A DNA stretch of 64,000 bases from Alphaproteobacteria bacterium (GTDB lineage: Bacteria > Pseudomonadota > Alphaproteobacteria > UBA828), in contig CBDCQT010000012.1 in assembly GCA_965220745.1 (NCBI GenBank), positions 768,001 through 832,000 of the forward strand, given 5' to 3'. The notes under the pieces are model-generated. The model saw only the letters and a program-made list of their open reading frames with translations, did no database searches and was not told the origin of the DNA. Both the position numbers and the translations under genes were made by a program. The stretch's first letter is position 1; each line of letters starts with the position of its first letter. Positions 39,210-49,389 of the stretch are shown here, piece by piece.

Positions 39210-41288
39210 CTATTCCAGCGTCACGCGGTAGTTGCCGAGGGCGTCGATGACGGCGTTGGCGTCCTCGGGCACGAGGACGGTGGTGGTTGCTTCCTCGACG
39301 ATGGCGGGGCCCGCGAGCGTGGCGCCGGGCGCGAGGTCGTTGCCGCGATAGACCGGCACCTCCTCGGGCGTGCCTCGGCCGGGCAGGTGAACCCGGCGGG
39401 TGCCGTGAGGCTCCGGTTGTGGCGCCGTATCCGAGCCCTCTGCCGGCGCAAGGTCCGCGGCGGCGGGCCCGATGGCGCGGACCTTCCAGGTGGTGAACTC
39501 GACCAGATCGTTCTCGTTCTTGATCGTGTAGATGCGCTCGTGCATCCGGTGGAAGCCCTCGGCGAGCCCTTCCACGTCGCCAGCGGCAACCGCGCCGTCC
39601 CGCGTTGCGAACGGCACCTCGATCTCCCATGACTGGTACTGGTAGCGGCCGAGATAGGCGTACTCGAAGCGCTGATCGGCTTCGGCGATGCCCGCGCGGG
39701 CGAGGAAGGCGCGGCCTCGCTCCACCAGCGTGGCCAGCACCGCGTTGACGCCGTCCACGTCGAAGCGCGCGGCGTCGGTTACCAGGGTCGCGGTCTCCTC
39801 CCACACGATGTCGGAAATGAGGCCGCCGAAGGCGCTCAAGCCGGCGGAGAACTTGGGCACCATGTAGCCCTTGATGCCGAGCACCCGCGCCATCTGGCCC
39901 ATGTGGATGGCGGTCGCACCGCCGCCGGCGACGAAGTAGCTCTCGCGCGGATCGATCCCCTCCTGCACGGTGATGTCCTCGATGGCGGCGATCATGGTGT
40001 GATCGACCGTGCTGGCGATGGCGCGGGCGGCGGCCGCAAGCTCGATGCCGAGCGCATCGGCGATGGTGCCCACAGCCCGCTCCGCCGCCTGCTTGTCGAG
40101 GCGCATCCGGCCGCCGAGGAAGTAGTCGGGGGCGATGATGCCGAGCACCACGTCGGCGTCGGTCACCGTGGGCCGGGTTCCGCCGAGGCCGTAGCAGGCG
40201 GGGCCGGGGTCGGCGCCCGCGCTCTCCGGCCCGACGCGCAGTAGCCCGCCCGCGTCCACGTGGGCGATGGAGCCGCCGCCGGCGCCCACCGAGCGCACGT
40301 CGACCTTGGGGATGCCCAGCATGTCGAACTCGGTCAGCATCGCCTCGGGCGAGATCACGAGCTGGCCGTCCCGCACCGCGGAGACGTCGAACGAGGTGCC
40401 GCCCATGTCGACCACCACGAGATCGGGTGCGTCCGCGAGCTTCCGCGCCGCGACCGGGGCGAGCGTCGGCCCCGACATGACGCTGTAGATCGGCCGCTCG
40501 GCGATATCGTCCGGCGGCATCATGCCGCCCAGGCAATTCGCGATCATCAGCTCGTTGCCGTAGCCGCCCTCGCGCAAGCCCCGGTCGAGCGCGTGGACGT
40601 AGGCGCTCACCACCGGGCGCAGCGCGGCGTCGATCGCCGCCGAGACCGCGCGGCGGTATTCGCGGGCGATTGGGTTGAGCCGGTGGCTGAGGGTCACCGG
40701 AACATTGGGCCAGGCGTCGCGCACGATCTCGCCCACGCGCCGCTCGTGGCTGCCGTTTACCACCGACCAGAGCAGGCAGACCGCGACCGCCTCCACGCCG
40801 AGCTTGCGGAAATCCTCGACCGCCGCGCGCACGTCGTCTTCCTGCAGCGCCGTGTGTTCCGCGCCGGTGGCGTCGATCCGCCCGCGCACGCCGCGCGTCC
40901 GGATCCGGGGCACGAAGGGCTCGGGGTAGGTGAGGCGCCACTGGAACGGCGGCTTGCGGGGCGCCTCGCGCAGCGTGAGGATGTCGCGAAAGCCGTGGGT
41001 GCAGATCAGCCCGACGCTCGCGTGCTTGCCCTCCAGCAGCGCGTTGGTGGAGACCGTGGTGCCGTGGACGACGCGCGCCACCCGCGCCATGAAGTCGGAT
41101 AGCTCCAGCCCGTAGCCCTCGGCCGCGAGGCCGAGCGCGTTCATGAAGCCGTGCTCGAACGCGGCGGGCGTGGACGGCGTCTTGAAGATGCGGAGGCGCT
41201 GGTCGGGGTCCGAGACGACACAGTCGGTAAAGGTGCCGCCGATGTCGATACAGACCCGGTAGTCGCCGGGCGGGTGAGCAGAGGACAT
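39210..41288 (-). CDS. Hydantoinase/oxoprolinase subunit A family
   Basis: IDIGGTFTD, HGTTVSTN, SGP, DMGGTSFD, GAGGGS, PGPACY, GPAIVEE. Confidence 0.93.
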   Translation of the reverse strand: MSSAHPPGDYRVCIDIGGTFTDCVVSDPDQRLRIFKTPSTPAAFEHGFMNALGLAAEGYGLELSDFMARVARVVHGTTVSTNALLEGKHASVGLICTHGFRDILTLREAPRKPPFQWRLTYPEPFVPRIRTRGVRGRIDATGAEHTALQEDDVRAAVEDFRKLGVEAVAVCLLWSVVNGSHERRVGEIVRDAWPNVPVTLSHRLNPIAREYRRAVSAAIDAALRPVVSAYVHALDRGLREGGYGNELMIANCLGGMMPPDDIAERPIYSVMSGPTLAPVAARKLADAPDLVVVDMGGTSFDVSAVRDGQLVISPEAMLTEFDMLGIPKVDVRSVGAGGGSIAHVDAGGLLRVGPESAGADPGPACYGLGGTRPTVTDADVVLGIIAPDYFLGGRMRLDKQAAERAVGTIADALGIELAAAARAIASTVDHTMIAAIEDITVQEGIDPRESYFVAGGGATAIHMGQMARVLGIKGYMVPKFSAGLSAFGGLISDIVWEETATLVTDAARFDVDGVNAVLATLVERGRAFLARAGIAEADQRFEYAYLGRYQYQSWEIEVPFATRDGAVAAGDVEGLAEGFHRMHERIYTIKNENDLVEFTTWKVRAIGPAAADLAPAEGSDTAPQPEPHGTRRVHLPGRGTPEEVPVYRGNDLAPGATLAGPAIVEEATTTVLVPEDANAVIDALGNYRVTLE

Positions 41289-43136
41289 TTATTGGCCGGC
41301 TCCGCCGTTTCGCGCCTGCCGCAGCCGCGCGGTCTCGTCCGCGTCCACCTCGTGCCGGATGCCGTCGCCGGCGAGGCTGAGCGAGACGGCGTAGACATCC
41401 TCCGCCTTCTCCGGGCTGAGCCAGCCGTTGTCCACCGCGCGCGCGACCGCTGCGGGATCGCGCCGCGAGGGATCGCCGTAGCCGCCGCCGGCGGTGGTGA
41501 CGAAGCGGAACATCTCGCCGGGGGCGCAGCGTTCCTCGTGGAAGGAGGGGAGGGTGACCAACGTGCCGTCGGCGTCGCGCTTCTGGTTGATCGAGGGTGC
41601 ACCGTCGCTGCCGCCGCGCACGCCCTTGGAGGGGTAGGTGTCGCCGTCGCTGCAGTAGACCGCGGTCATCTCCCCCGCGATGGGACCGTAGACGGCGAGC
41701 GTGCCGGGCGCACCGTCCCACTCCCCGTGGCCCAAGGTGTCGATGGCGAGCTCGCGGCACTCGAAGTGGATCGGGAACATGCTCTCGTCCACCTCGGTCG
41801 GCGAGAGGATCTGCATGCCGCCATCCACCGGGCCGCCGAAGGTGACCCAGCCGTCGTGGCCGGGCAGCCCCGGCCCGCCGCCGAAGCCGATGAACATCTG
41901 GTTGACGTAGGTCTGGCCGTCGCGGCGCGGATCCTCGCCCGAGATCACGGCGAGACCCAGGGCCTGCTGGTAGCCGCCCTCGGCCATGCCGTGCGTCGGC
42001 CCGATCTGCGCGAAGCAGCAGGAGACCGCGTTGACCAGACGGTCGGTGACGTTGGTGGTGGCGACCGAGGTGCCGACCGGATAGCGCGGCCGGCCGACGA
42101 TGCAGCCATCGCGCAGCAGCACCCGGATGCGCCGCGCGCTGCCCTCGTTATGCGGGATGGTGTGGTCGATGTTGTAGAAGACGCCGGCACGGCAGGCGGC
42201 GATGGAGCAGGTCTCGCTCAGGTTCAGCCCGCCGGGGATGCAGTCGATATTGTCGCGCACGTCCACGGTGATCGTCGCCGCGTCGGGATCGACAGTCACC
42301 TGCGCGCGCACCGGAATCCCCTCGTCGGCGACGCCCGGCAGCGGGTCGTGCCGGTTCTCGTAGGACCAGGTGCCCGCCGGCAGCGTCCGGATGGCGGCGG
42401 CGGCACGGCGCTCGCCATAGGCCATCCAGGCCTCGACGAACGTGGCGATGGTTTCCGGCCCGTACTTCTCCACCAGCTCCTTGATCCGGCGTTCGGCGGT
42501 GCGGCAGGCGCCCACCTGCGCCAGATAGTCGCCGTACCAGAGGTCGGGCACCCGCACCTTGATCCTGGCCATGCGGATGATGTCGCGGATTTCCCTGTAG
42601 CCCCGCTCCACCCGCACGCCGGGGAAGTGCAGGCCTTCCTCGAAGATGGTCTTGGCGTAGGGCAGGTAGGTGGACGGGATCGGCGCGCCGACATCGGCGT
42701 GGTGGGCGCGCGAGACGGTCCAGAAGAGCGGCTTGCCGTCGAAGAACACCGGCACGCAGAGCGTGAGGTCCGCGTGGTGGGTGACGCCGGTGTAGGGGCA
42801 GTTGTTGAGGAAGGCGTCGCCCTCCTCGATGTCGTCGAAGAGCTCGGTGAGCGGCTGGGTGGTGAGGTCGATGGCCGCCGCGTGCACCGGAATGCACTCC
42901 TCGATGCAGACCAGCCGGTGGTCGTAGGTGAGGATGGCGCAGGACATGTCACGCGCGATCTTGATGACGCCCGACTTGCTGGCGCGCAGCACGCCGTTGC
43001 TCATCTCGCGCAGGATCGCGCCGAAGCGGCTGGAGAGCACCGAGAGCAGCATCGGGTCGAAGTCCGGTGCTGCGGCCGACATGGCATCGCCGCCGACGGT
43101 GATCGTGTCCGATTCGGAGTAGGGCAGGTCTTCCAT
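41289..43136 (-). CDS. Hydantoinase B/oxoprolinase family
   Basis: PVH, N.PY.G..H..D, RAHHADVG, GGGYGDP; start at 43136 or 43082. Confidence 0.92.
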   Translation of the reverse strand: MEDLPYSESDTITVGGDAMSAAAPDFDPMLLSVLSSRFGAILREMSNGVLRASKSGVIKIARDMSCAILTYDHRLVCIEECIPVHAAAIDLTTQPLTELFDDIEEGDAFLNNCPYTGVTHHADLTLCVPVFFDGKPLFWTVSRAHHADVGAPIPSTYLPYAKTIFEEGLHFPGVRVERGYREIRDIIRMARIKVRVPDLWYGDYLAQVGACRTAERRIKELVEKYGPETIATFVEAWMAYGERRAAAAIRTLPAGTWSYENRHDPLPGVADEGIPVRAQVTVDPDAATITVDVRDNIDCIPGGLNLSETCSIAACRAGVFYNIDHTIPHNEGSARRIRVLLRDGCIVGRPRYPVGTSVATTNVTDRLVNAVSCCFAQIGPTHGMAEGGYQQALGLAVISGEDPRRDGQTYVNQMFIGFGGGPGLPGHDGWVTFGGPVDGGMQILSPTEVDESMFPIHFECRELAIDTLGHGEWDGAPGTLAVYGPIAGEMTAVYCSDGDTYPSKGVRGGSDGAPSINQKRDADGTLVTLPSFHEERCAPGEMFRFVTTAGGGYGDPSRRDPAAVARAVDNGWLSPEKAEDVYAVSLSLAGDGIRHEVDADETARLRQARNGGAGQ

Positions 43137-43267
43137 GGCGGCTATTCCCGAAGGCCCGGCGCGGGCTCGGCCGGGCGCCGGCGAGAGTGCCAAATTAGCG
43201 GGCTGCCGTCCATGGGGCCTCCCGGCCGAAGGCGGACCGGAACCGGGATGCGGCGGGATAAAGCGGG

Positions 43268-44104
43268 CTAGATGCGGTGCTCCGTCCGGACCGAGCCCTG
43301 GTAGACGATGCGGCGGTGGTTGAGTTCCGTGCGCTTGTGGTACGCGACCGCGACCGGATCGAAGTCGCAGGCCGGCGTCGGCTCGTGCTCGAAGTAGCCG
43401 AACCGGTCCTCGCCCCTGACCAGGGTCGCGCTGTCCCAGTCGGCGAGGGTCTGGCGTGTGTCGGGCGGCATGTAGCGAATGGCGATTCCGATGCGCCGGT
43501 CGTCGCTGCGATTGGGGTGAGAGGCATGCGCGAGGCGGTACGAGAAGAGCGCCGCCTCACCGGTGGCGACCTCCATGTTGACGGCCTCGTCTTCGTCGAT
43601 CCCCGCGCTGATCTCCTGGCCGCGCGACAGCATGTTGTCGTCGTGCCAGGTCTCGCGGTGCGGCAGCCTGGGGCCGAGATGGCTGCCGGGCATGAAGCGC
43701 ATGCACCCGCTCTCCACCGTCGCCGGCGAGAGGGCCACCCACGCGCTGACCAGGTGGTCCGTATCCAGGCCCCAGTAGTTACTGTCCTGATGCCAGGAGA
43801 CGTATTGGGGCGAGTGCGGCTCCTTGATCCACCATTGGCTGGTCCAGCACAGGATGTCGGGGCCGATGAGGTCCTCCACCGCATCCAGCAGCCGGGGATT
43901 GCGGACCAGGTCCGTCATCCAGCGCAGGAGCAGATGGCCCTTGATGCGAAATGCGTCCTTGCGAGGCCCTCCGCGTTCCATCTCCAGGCACTCCAGCGCG
44001 CCGCGCATTGCTGCCGCTTCCTTCGGCTCGAGCAGGCTGAACGGCTTGCAGTAGCCGTCCCGTCTGTACTGCGCGACCGCAGCCTCTGTCAGCACCTTGG
44101 GCAT
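43268..44104 (-). CDS. Phytanoyl-CoA dioxygenase (PhyH) family Fe/2OG dioxygenase
   Basis: WHQD, WVAL, PGSH, HAS..N.S..RR. Confidence 0.92.
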   Translation of the reverse strand: MPKVLTEAAVAQYRRDGYCKPFSLLEPKEAAAMRGALECLEMERGGPRKDAFRIKGHLLLRWMTDLVRNPRLLDAVEDLIGPDILCWTSQWWIKEPHSPQYVSWHQDSNYWGLDTDHLVSAWVALSPATVESGCMRFMPGSHLGPRLPHRETWHDDNMLSRGQEISAGIDEDEAVNMEVATGEAALFSYRLAHASHPNRSDDRRIGIAIRYMPPDTRQTLADWDSATLVRGEDRFGYFEHEPTPACDFDPVAVAYHKRTELNHRRIVYQGSVRTEHRI

Positions 44105-44205
44105 GGCCGATTTCTCACCGGTATCGGCGCGCGGCGCAACCCTCGTGAACACCTGCAGATCCGGCGTCTCGATGGGCTACGGGCTTGGGGAGGGTAGAAG
44201 AGCCG

Positions 44206-45903
44206 CTAAACCAGGTTGCGCAGGGAGGCGAGGTCGAAGGCGTCGTCCACGTCGAGCCAGTGGCCGGTGACGTAGAGCACGTCGATGGCCGCGCCCTGGG
44301 CGACGAGGCGAGCCAGGAGCTCGGGCAGGTCGGCGGAATCGAGACTGCCGTCCTTGCTCATGGCGTCGAGTGCGCCCCGCACCAGCGTGGCGCCGTGCTC
44401 GCTCAGCTTGGTGAGGCCGATGAACTCGCCGTGGGCGGACTCAGGCTCCGCTGCATCGCTCCCGATCGCCTCCAGCGTCACGCGCTCGTCGTCGAGGTAG
44501 CTGCCGGTGAAGGGGCGCGAGCAGCGCACCCAGTCGACCGCGCGGTCCGGGGAGCGGGCACCGTCGCTGCGCCGCCGGGCATCGACCACGGTCACGATGT
44601 CGCCGTCGGCGGCGAGAAGCCCGTCAAGCACATGCCGGCGGAACAGGATGTCGCCGTAAGAGACCAGGCACGGCCCATAGAGCCGGTTGTAGGCGCAGGC
44701 GAGGGAGGCGGCCTCGCCGGTCTGATCGTAGCGGTCGTTGTCCACCGACTCGATGCCGGCGAGGTCGATCGCCTCCTTGCGGTAGCCGCGCACCACGGTG
44801 ACGTCGCGCAGGCCGCTCCCGTTCAGCGTCCGGACCAGGCGTTGAAGCAGGGGCTCGCCGCGCACGTCGATCATGCACTTCGGGCGCCGCTCGGTGAGCG
44901 GGCCGAGCTCCTCGCCGCGCGAGGCTGCGAGCAGGATCGCGCGGGGGCCGCCGCCTGCAGCGAGGTAACGCGCCTCGGCCTCGGCGAGCTCCGCCTGGCC
45001 GGTGAGCGCGAACACCTCCTGCACTGGCGCGATCTCTTCCTCGACGGCGGTGAGCGATTCGCTCTCCTTGATGGCCTGACACACCGATCGCATCGCGGAC
45101 ACCGCCGCGCGCATGTTGTGGTTGGCCCAGATCACCATGGAGACGCCGGCCTTGCGGAAGGTCTGCGTCGGCGTGCGGTGGTACATGGTGGGCACGATCA
45201 CCACCGGCGCGCGCCCGCCCCAGGCCTCGCAGAAGCCGGTGATCTCGTCGGCGGTGGCTTTCTTGGAGTGGATCAGCACCGCGTCGGCGCCGGCCTCGTG
45301 GTAGGCCTCGGCGCGGCGCAGCGCCTCGTCCATGCCCCAGCCGGCGATCAGCGCCTCGACGCGCGCGACGAGCTGAAAGTCGTCGTCGCTCTGGCTGTCC
45401 TTGCCGGCCTTGATGCGGCCGCAGAATTCCTCCACGTCCGCCAGCGGCTGATTCTCGCCGATGAAGGAGTTGGTCTTGGGGAACAGCTTGTCCTCGATGC
45501 AGACCCCGCCGATGCCGCGCTGGCAGAGCTTCCGCACCAGGCGGCGGACGTTGTTGAAGTTGCCGTAGCCGGTGTCGCCGTCCACCAGGATCGGGATCGT
45601 GGTGGCGTCGGCCATGAACTCCAGCATTTCGAGGACCTGGGTCCAGGAGGCCTCGTTGTTGTCGCGCACGCCGAGCGCCGCCGACATCGAGAGGCCCGAG
45701 GCCCAAATGCCTTCGAACCCGGCCTCCTCCACGATCTTAGCGGAGAGGCCGTTATGGGCCTCCATGATGAAGGAGAGGTCGGGGGCCTGCAGCAGGGCGC
45801 GCAGCCGCGCGGCCTTCGAGGCCGGCTGCGTCGGCGCGTCAGCGCTGCCGATGGGGAGTCGTGCCGCCATGAGAAATCGCCGGTTCGTCGCCCGTTCGTC
45901 CAT
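44206..45903 (-). CDS. aepX: Phosphoenolpyruvate mutase fused to a C-terminal nucleotidyltransferase domain
   Basis: [15 protein letters not shown], diagnostic [10 protein letters not shown] (EDK-X5-NS); C-terminal LAASRG..L..LT..RPK.M, GY, SYGDI and W.D.D. Start may be 45870. Confidence 0.93.
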   Translation of the reverse strand: MDERATNRRFLMAARLPIGSADAPTQPASKAARLRALLQAPDLSFIMEAHNGLSAKIVEEAGFEGIWASGLSMSAALGVRDNNEASWTQVLEMLEFMADATTIPILVDGDTGYGNFNNVRRLVRKLCQRGIGGVCIEDKLFPKTNSFIGENQPLADVEEFCGRIKAGKDSQSDDDFQLVARVEALIAGWGMDEALRRAEAYHEAGADAVLIHSKKATADEITGFCEAWGGRAPVVIVPTMYHRTPTQTFRKAGVSMVIWANHNMRAAVSAMRSVCQAIKESESLTAVEEEIAPVQEVFALTGQAELAEAEARYLAAGGGPRAILLAASRGEELGPLTERRPKCMIDVRGEPLLQRLVRTLNGSGLRDVTVVRGYRKEAIDLAGIESVDNDRYDQTGEAASLACAYNRLYGPCLVSYGDILFRRHVLDGLLAADGDIVTVVDARRRSDGARSPDRAVDWVRCSRPFTGSYLDDERVTLEAIGSDAAEPESAHGEFIGLTKLSEHGATLVRGALDAMSKDGSLDSADLPELLARLVAQGAAIDVLYVTGHWLDVDDAFDLASLRNLV

Positions 45904-46077
45904 GAACCTGACGTATCGCGGTGATATAAAAGGGTAACGACAAGCCGGCGCCGATGCAATGCGGCGCCCTGAACCCTGCCTTCATTGGGAGTGCGACGCG
46001 CACCGGCGCACCGCCCACGATGCCGAGGCTGCGACCGCCGCGGCGTCTCCCAACACGACCGACAAAGACGGAGCCGC

Positions 46078-47232
46078 ATGTCACCCGCCGATCACGACGC
46101 CAGCCGCGACCCCATCGCCTTCATCGACCTGGATGCGCAGTACCGGCGCCTCAAGGCCGATATCGACGCCGCCATCGCGCGGGTGCTCGAGGACGGCCGT
46201 TTCGTCCTGGGCCCGGCGGTGGCGGAGCTGGAGACGGCGCTCGCTGCGCGCGCCGGCGTCGCCCACGCGGTCACCTGCGCGAGCGGCACCGACGCCCTCC
46301 AGATCGCGCTGATGGCGGAAGGGATCGGGCCGGGCGATGCGGTCTTCGTCCCCGGCTTCACCTTTCCCGCGACGGCGGGCGTGGTGGCCCTGGTGGGGGC
46401 GACGCCCGTCTTCGTCGACGTGGCGGAAGAGAGCTGCATGATGGACCCCGCCGATCTCGCCGCGCGCATCGACCGCGTGACGGCGGAGGGCCGGCACGCG
46501 CCGCGCGCGGTCATCGCGGCGGACCTGTTCGGCCAGGCGGCGGACCACGACGCGCTCGGGCCGCTGGCCGCCGAGCGGGGCCTGCTGCTGATCGACGACG
46601 CGGCTCAGGGCTTTGGCGGGGCGAGCGGCGGCCGGCCGGTGGGGGCGCTGGCGCCGGTCACCACCACCAGCTTCTATCCGGCCAAGCCCCTCGGCGGCTA
46701 TGGCGACGGCGGCGCGCTCTTCACCGACGATGCGGCGCGGGCTGCGCGCTGGCGCTCGATCCGCCAGCACGGCCAGGGCGAGGGCAAGTACGACATCGTT
46801 GGGGTCGGCCTCAACAGCCGCCTCGATACCCTTCAGGCAGCGATTCTGCTGGTCAAGCTCGCGGCCTTCGATGCCGAGATCGACGCCCGCGAGCGGGTAG
46901 CCACGACCTACGATTCTGTGCTCGCCGGTGCCGTCGGCCTGCCGGGGCGGCTGCCGGGGCGGCGCTCGACCTGGGCACAGTACACGATCCGGCTGGAACG
47001 GCGCGACGCGGTCCAGGCCGCGCTCGTGGCGCAGGGGATCCCGACCGCGATCCACTACCCGGTGCCGATGCACCTGCAGCCGGCCTATCACGCGCACGGC
47101 GACGGCCCCGGCTCGCTGCCGGTGAGCGAGCGCCTGAGCCGGCAGGTGCTGTGCCTGCCGATGCACGCCGATCTCGACGAGGCGACCGCCATGCGGATCG
47201 CGCGGGCCGTGCGGGACGCGGCGGCGGAGTGA
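46078..47232 (+). CDS. DegT/DnrJ/EryC1/StrS family nucleotide-sugar aminotransferase
   Basis: FIDL, SGTDAL, DAAQ.FG, SFYPAKPLG.YGDGG, NSRLD, IHYP.P.H.QP. Confidence 0.93.
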   Translation: MSPADHDASRDPIAFIDLDAQYRRLKADIDAAIARVLEDGRFVLGPAVAELETALAARAGVAHAVTCASGTDALQIALMAEGIGPGDAVFVPGFTFPATAGVVALVGATPVFVDVAEESCMMDPADLAARIDRVTAEGRHAPRAVIAADLFGQAADHDALGPLAAERGLLLIDDAAQGFGGASGGRPVGALAPVTTTSFYPAKPLGGYGDGGALFTDDAARAARWRSIRQHGQGEGKYDIVGVGLNSRLDTLQAAILLVKLAAFDAEIDARERVATTYDSVLAGAVGLPGRLPGRRSTWAQYTIRLERRDAVQAALVAQGIPTAIHYPVPMHLQPAYHAHGDGPGSLPVSERLSRQVLCLPMHADLDEATAMRIARAVRDAAAE

Positions 47233-47251
47233 CCGCGCGGCGCCACATGCC

Positions 47252-48463
47252 ATGAGCCACGAGCCGGCGCCCACCGCGGTTACCCGATGGGACATCGTGC
47301 TGATGGCCTTGGGCGCCGGCATTCTCGCCGGCTTTCAGGTGGGCAAGGTGCCGCCCGCCCTGCCGGTGCTGCGCGAGACCCTGGGGCTCGACCTCGTCAC
47401 CGCTGGCTGGCTCACCTCGATCTACTATGCGATCGGAGCCGCCGTCGGCGTCGCGGTCGGGCTACTCTCCGACCGCGCCGGCCCGCGCCGGCTGATGCTC
47501 GCCGGTGTGGCCTTCCTCGGTTTGGGCAACCTGATGGGCGGGCTGGTGAGCGGCAGCGCCTGGATCCTGGTCGCGCGCTTCATCGAGGGTTTTGGGTTCG
47601 TGGGCGTCACGGTGACCGCGCCCAAGCTGATCGCCTCGGCGGCGCGGCCCCGCGACTACGGCCTCGCCTTCGGCATCTGGGGCGCCTACATGCCGCTCGG
47701 CATGGCAATCGCCATGCTGATCGCGCCGGCGCTGCTCGATGCCATCGGCTGGCGCGGCTTCTGGCTGGTGAGCGCAGCGCTGGTCGCGCTCTTCATGGCC
47801 GCACTCGGCTGGAGCCTGCACCCGAGACGTTGGCCGGTGACCTTCGACGCCAAGGCCCTGGATTGGCGCGGCGTGGGGGAGACCCTGGCACGGGCTGCGC
47901 TCTGGCTCTTCGGCCTCTCGTTCGCCTTCTACACGCTGCAGTGGTTCGCCATCACGGCCTGGCTGCCAACCTTCCTGATCGAGACGCAGGGGCGGAGCGC
48001 GGCCGGCGCGGCGATCTGGGGCGCCATGGTGGTGGCGGCCAACGCCCTTGGCAACTTCGCCGCCGCCTGGCTGATGCACAAGCGGGTGCCGCGCTGGGCG
48101 CTGATCGGGATCGCCTGCTGCGCCATGGGCGGGTCCTCCGCCGGGGTCTTCCTCTCCGGCACACCGGGCGATCTCAAGATCGTGCTCGCCTTCGTGTTCA
48201 GCGGTGTCGGCGGCCTGCTGCCGGCGGCGGCGATCGCCGGTGCGGCCGCCCATGCGCCGCGCGCCGCCTTCGTCGCCATGGCCAGCGGCTTCGTGGTGCA
48301 GGGCGCGGCGATCGGTAGCCTGCTCGGCCCGCCGGTGATGGCCGCTGCGGTCGAGGGCCTGGGCAGCTGGGCTGCCTCCTGGTGGGTGATGCTCGCGGTC
48401 TCGGGCGCCGGCCTCGGCCTCGTGGCGGGCCTGATCGCAACCGACCGCCGGCCACGCATCTGA
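47252..48463 (+). CDS. MFS transporter
   Basis: About 12 TM helices; G.LSDR.G.RR motif A. Confidence 0.88.
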   Translation: MSHEPAPTAVTRWDIVLMALGAGILAGFQVGKVPPALPVLRETLGLDLVTAGWLTSIYYAIGAAVGVAVGLLSDRAGPRRLMLAGVAFLGLGNLMGGLVSGSAWILVARFIEGFGFVGVTVTAPKLIASAARPRDYGLAFGIWGAYMPLGMAIAMLIAPALLDAIGWRGFWLVSAALVALFMAALGWSLHPRRWPVTFDAKALDWRGVGETLARAALWLFGLSFAFYTLQWFAITAWLPTFLIETQGRSAAGAAIWGAMVVAANALGNFAAAWLMHKRVPRWALIGIACCAMGGSSAGVFLSGTPGDLKIVLAFVFSGVGGLLPAAAIAGAAAHAPRAAFVAMASGFVVQGAAIGSLLGPPVMAAAVEGLGSWAASWWVMLAVSGAGLGLVAGLIATDRRPRI

Positions 48464-48587
48464 GCCCGTTTGCCTGCGCGGAAGCCGCGTGCCGGCGGCG
48501 GCCGCGCGGAGCCGCCGTTGACAGAGCGGCGCACGGTGTCCATTGATCGTATGGACATTTGCCGCGAGGACCCGACTGGATTTCAAA

Positions 48588-49244
48588 ATGCTGACCTTCA
48601 CCGAAGAAATTCTGCTTCTGCTGCTGGACGACGACGACGGCACGTTCGTGCCGATCCCGAACGCCAACCTCGGGTGTGCCATCGGGGGCGCCGTGCTGAT
48701 GGACCTGGCGTTCGCCTATCGCATCGACACCGACCCGAAGGCACTCGTGGTTAACGACCCTACGCCGACCGGCAACCCCATGCTCGACGACACGCTGGCG
48801 AAGATCGCGGCACAGGGGAGCGAGTCGGATACGCGGACCTGGATCAGGGTGCTCTCGGTCGAAGACGCGCCCGCCATTCGCGAGCAGGCGCTGGAGAGCC
48901 TCGTCGCGCGCGGCATCGTGCAGGTACGCGAAGAAAGGGTGATGTGGGCCTTCCGCACGCGCCGCTATCCCACGATCGACGGCAACGTGGAGCAGGAGGT
49001 CAAGCTGCGGATCGGGGAGGTGCTGTTCTCCGAAGATATTCCCGATCCCCGCGACGTCGCCCTGATCGGCCTGGTGGATGCCTGCGATATTCTGGACGAG
49101 ATCTTCCCCAGTAAGGACATGGAGCAGTGCCGCCCGCGCATCGATCAGCTGCGCAAGATGGACCTGATCGGCCGCGAGCTGGCGAACGCGATCTCGGACA
49201 TCGAACATACCGTGGCGATGGCGCTCTCGGGCGCGCCTTACTGA
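48588..49244 (+). CDS. GPP34 (Golgi phosphoprotein 3-like) family protein
   Basis: LTFTEEILLLLLDD..G, GAVLMDL, L...L..RG, RRYP pattern. Confidence 0.8.
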   Translation: MLTFTEEILLLLLDDDDGTFVPIPNANLGCAIGGAVLMDLAFAYRIDTDPKALVVNDPTPTGNPMLDDTLAKIAAQGSESDTRTWIRVLSVEDAPAIREQALESLVARGIVQVREERVMWAFRTRRYPTIDGNVEQEVKLRIGEVLFSEDIPDPRDVALIGLVDACDILDEIFPSKDMEQCRPRIDQLRKMDLIGRELANAISDIEHTVAMALSGAPY

Positions 49245-49307
49245 GCAAAACAACGCGAGACACTGACGCCGGGGACGCCCGGCTCATGCGTTGCGGCCAC
49301 TATTGCA

Positions 49308-49338
49308 ACGTTATTCTATAGTGTTATAATATTTCATA
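49308..49338 (+). promoter_or_regulatory. Zur-box-like operator(s)
   Basis: TGTTATAATATTTCA at 49322-49336 resembles the proteobacterial Zur consensus TGTTATANTATAACA. A weaker adjacent copy (CGTTATTCTATAGTG) lies upstream. Both sit in an AT-rich patch about 55 bp before a His-rich gene. Confidence 0.65.
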
Positions 49339-49389
49339 TCGACTGCCCTTCCTTCGAGCGACCCTAACCACCAGCGATGGAGTGGTGAC

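Noticed and set aside
39118-41760. 880-aa ORF and other long off-frame or antisense ORFs (e.g. 25162-27627, 41151-43271, 54966-56957)
   Set aside because: Low-complexity shadow ORFs caused by stop-codon scarcity; they have no motifs.
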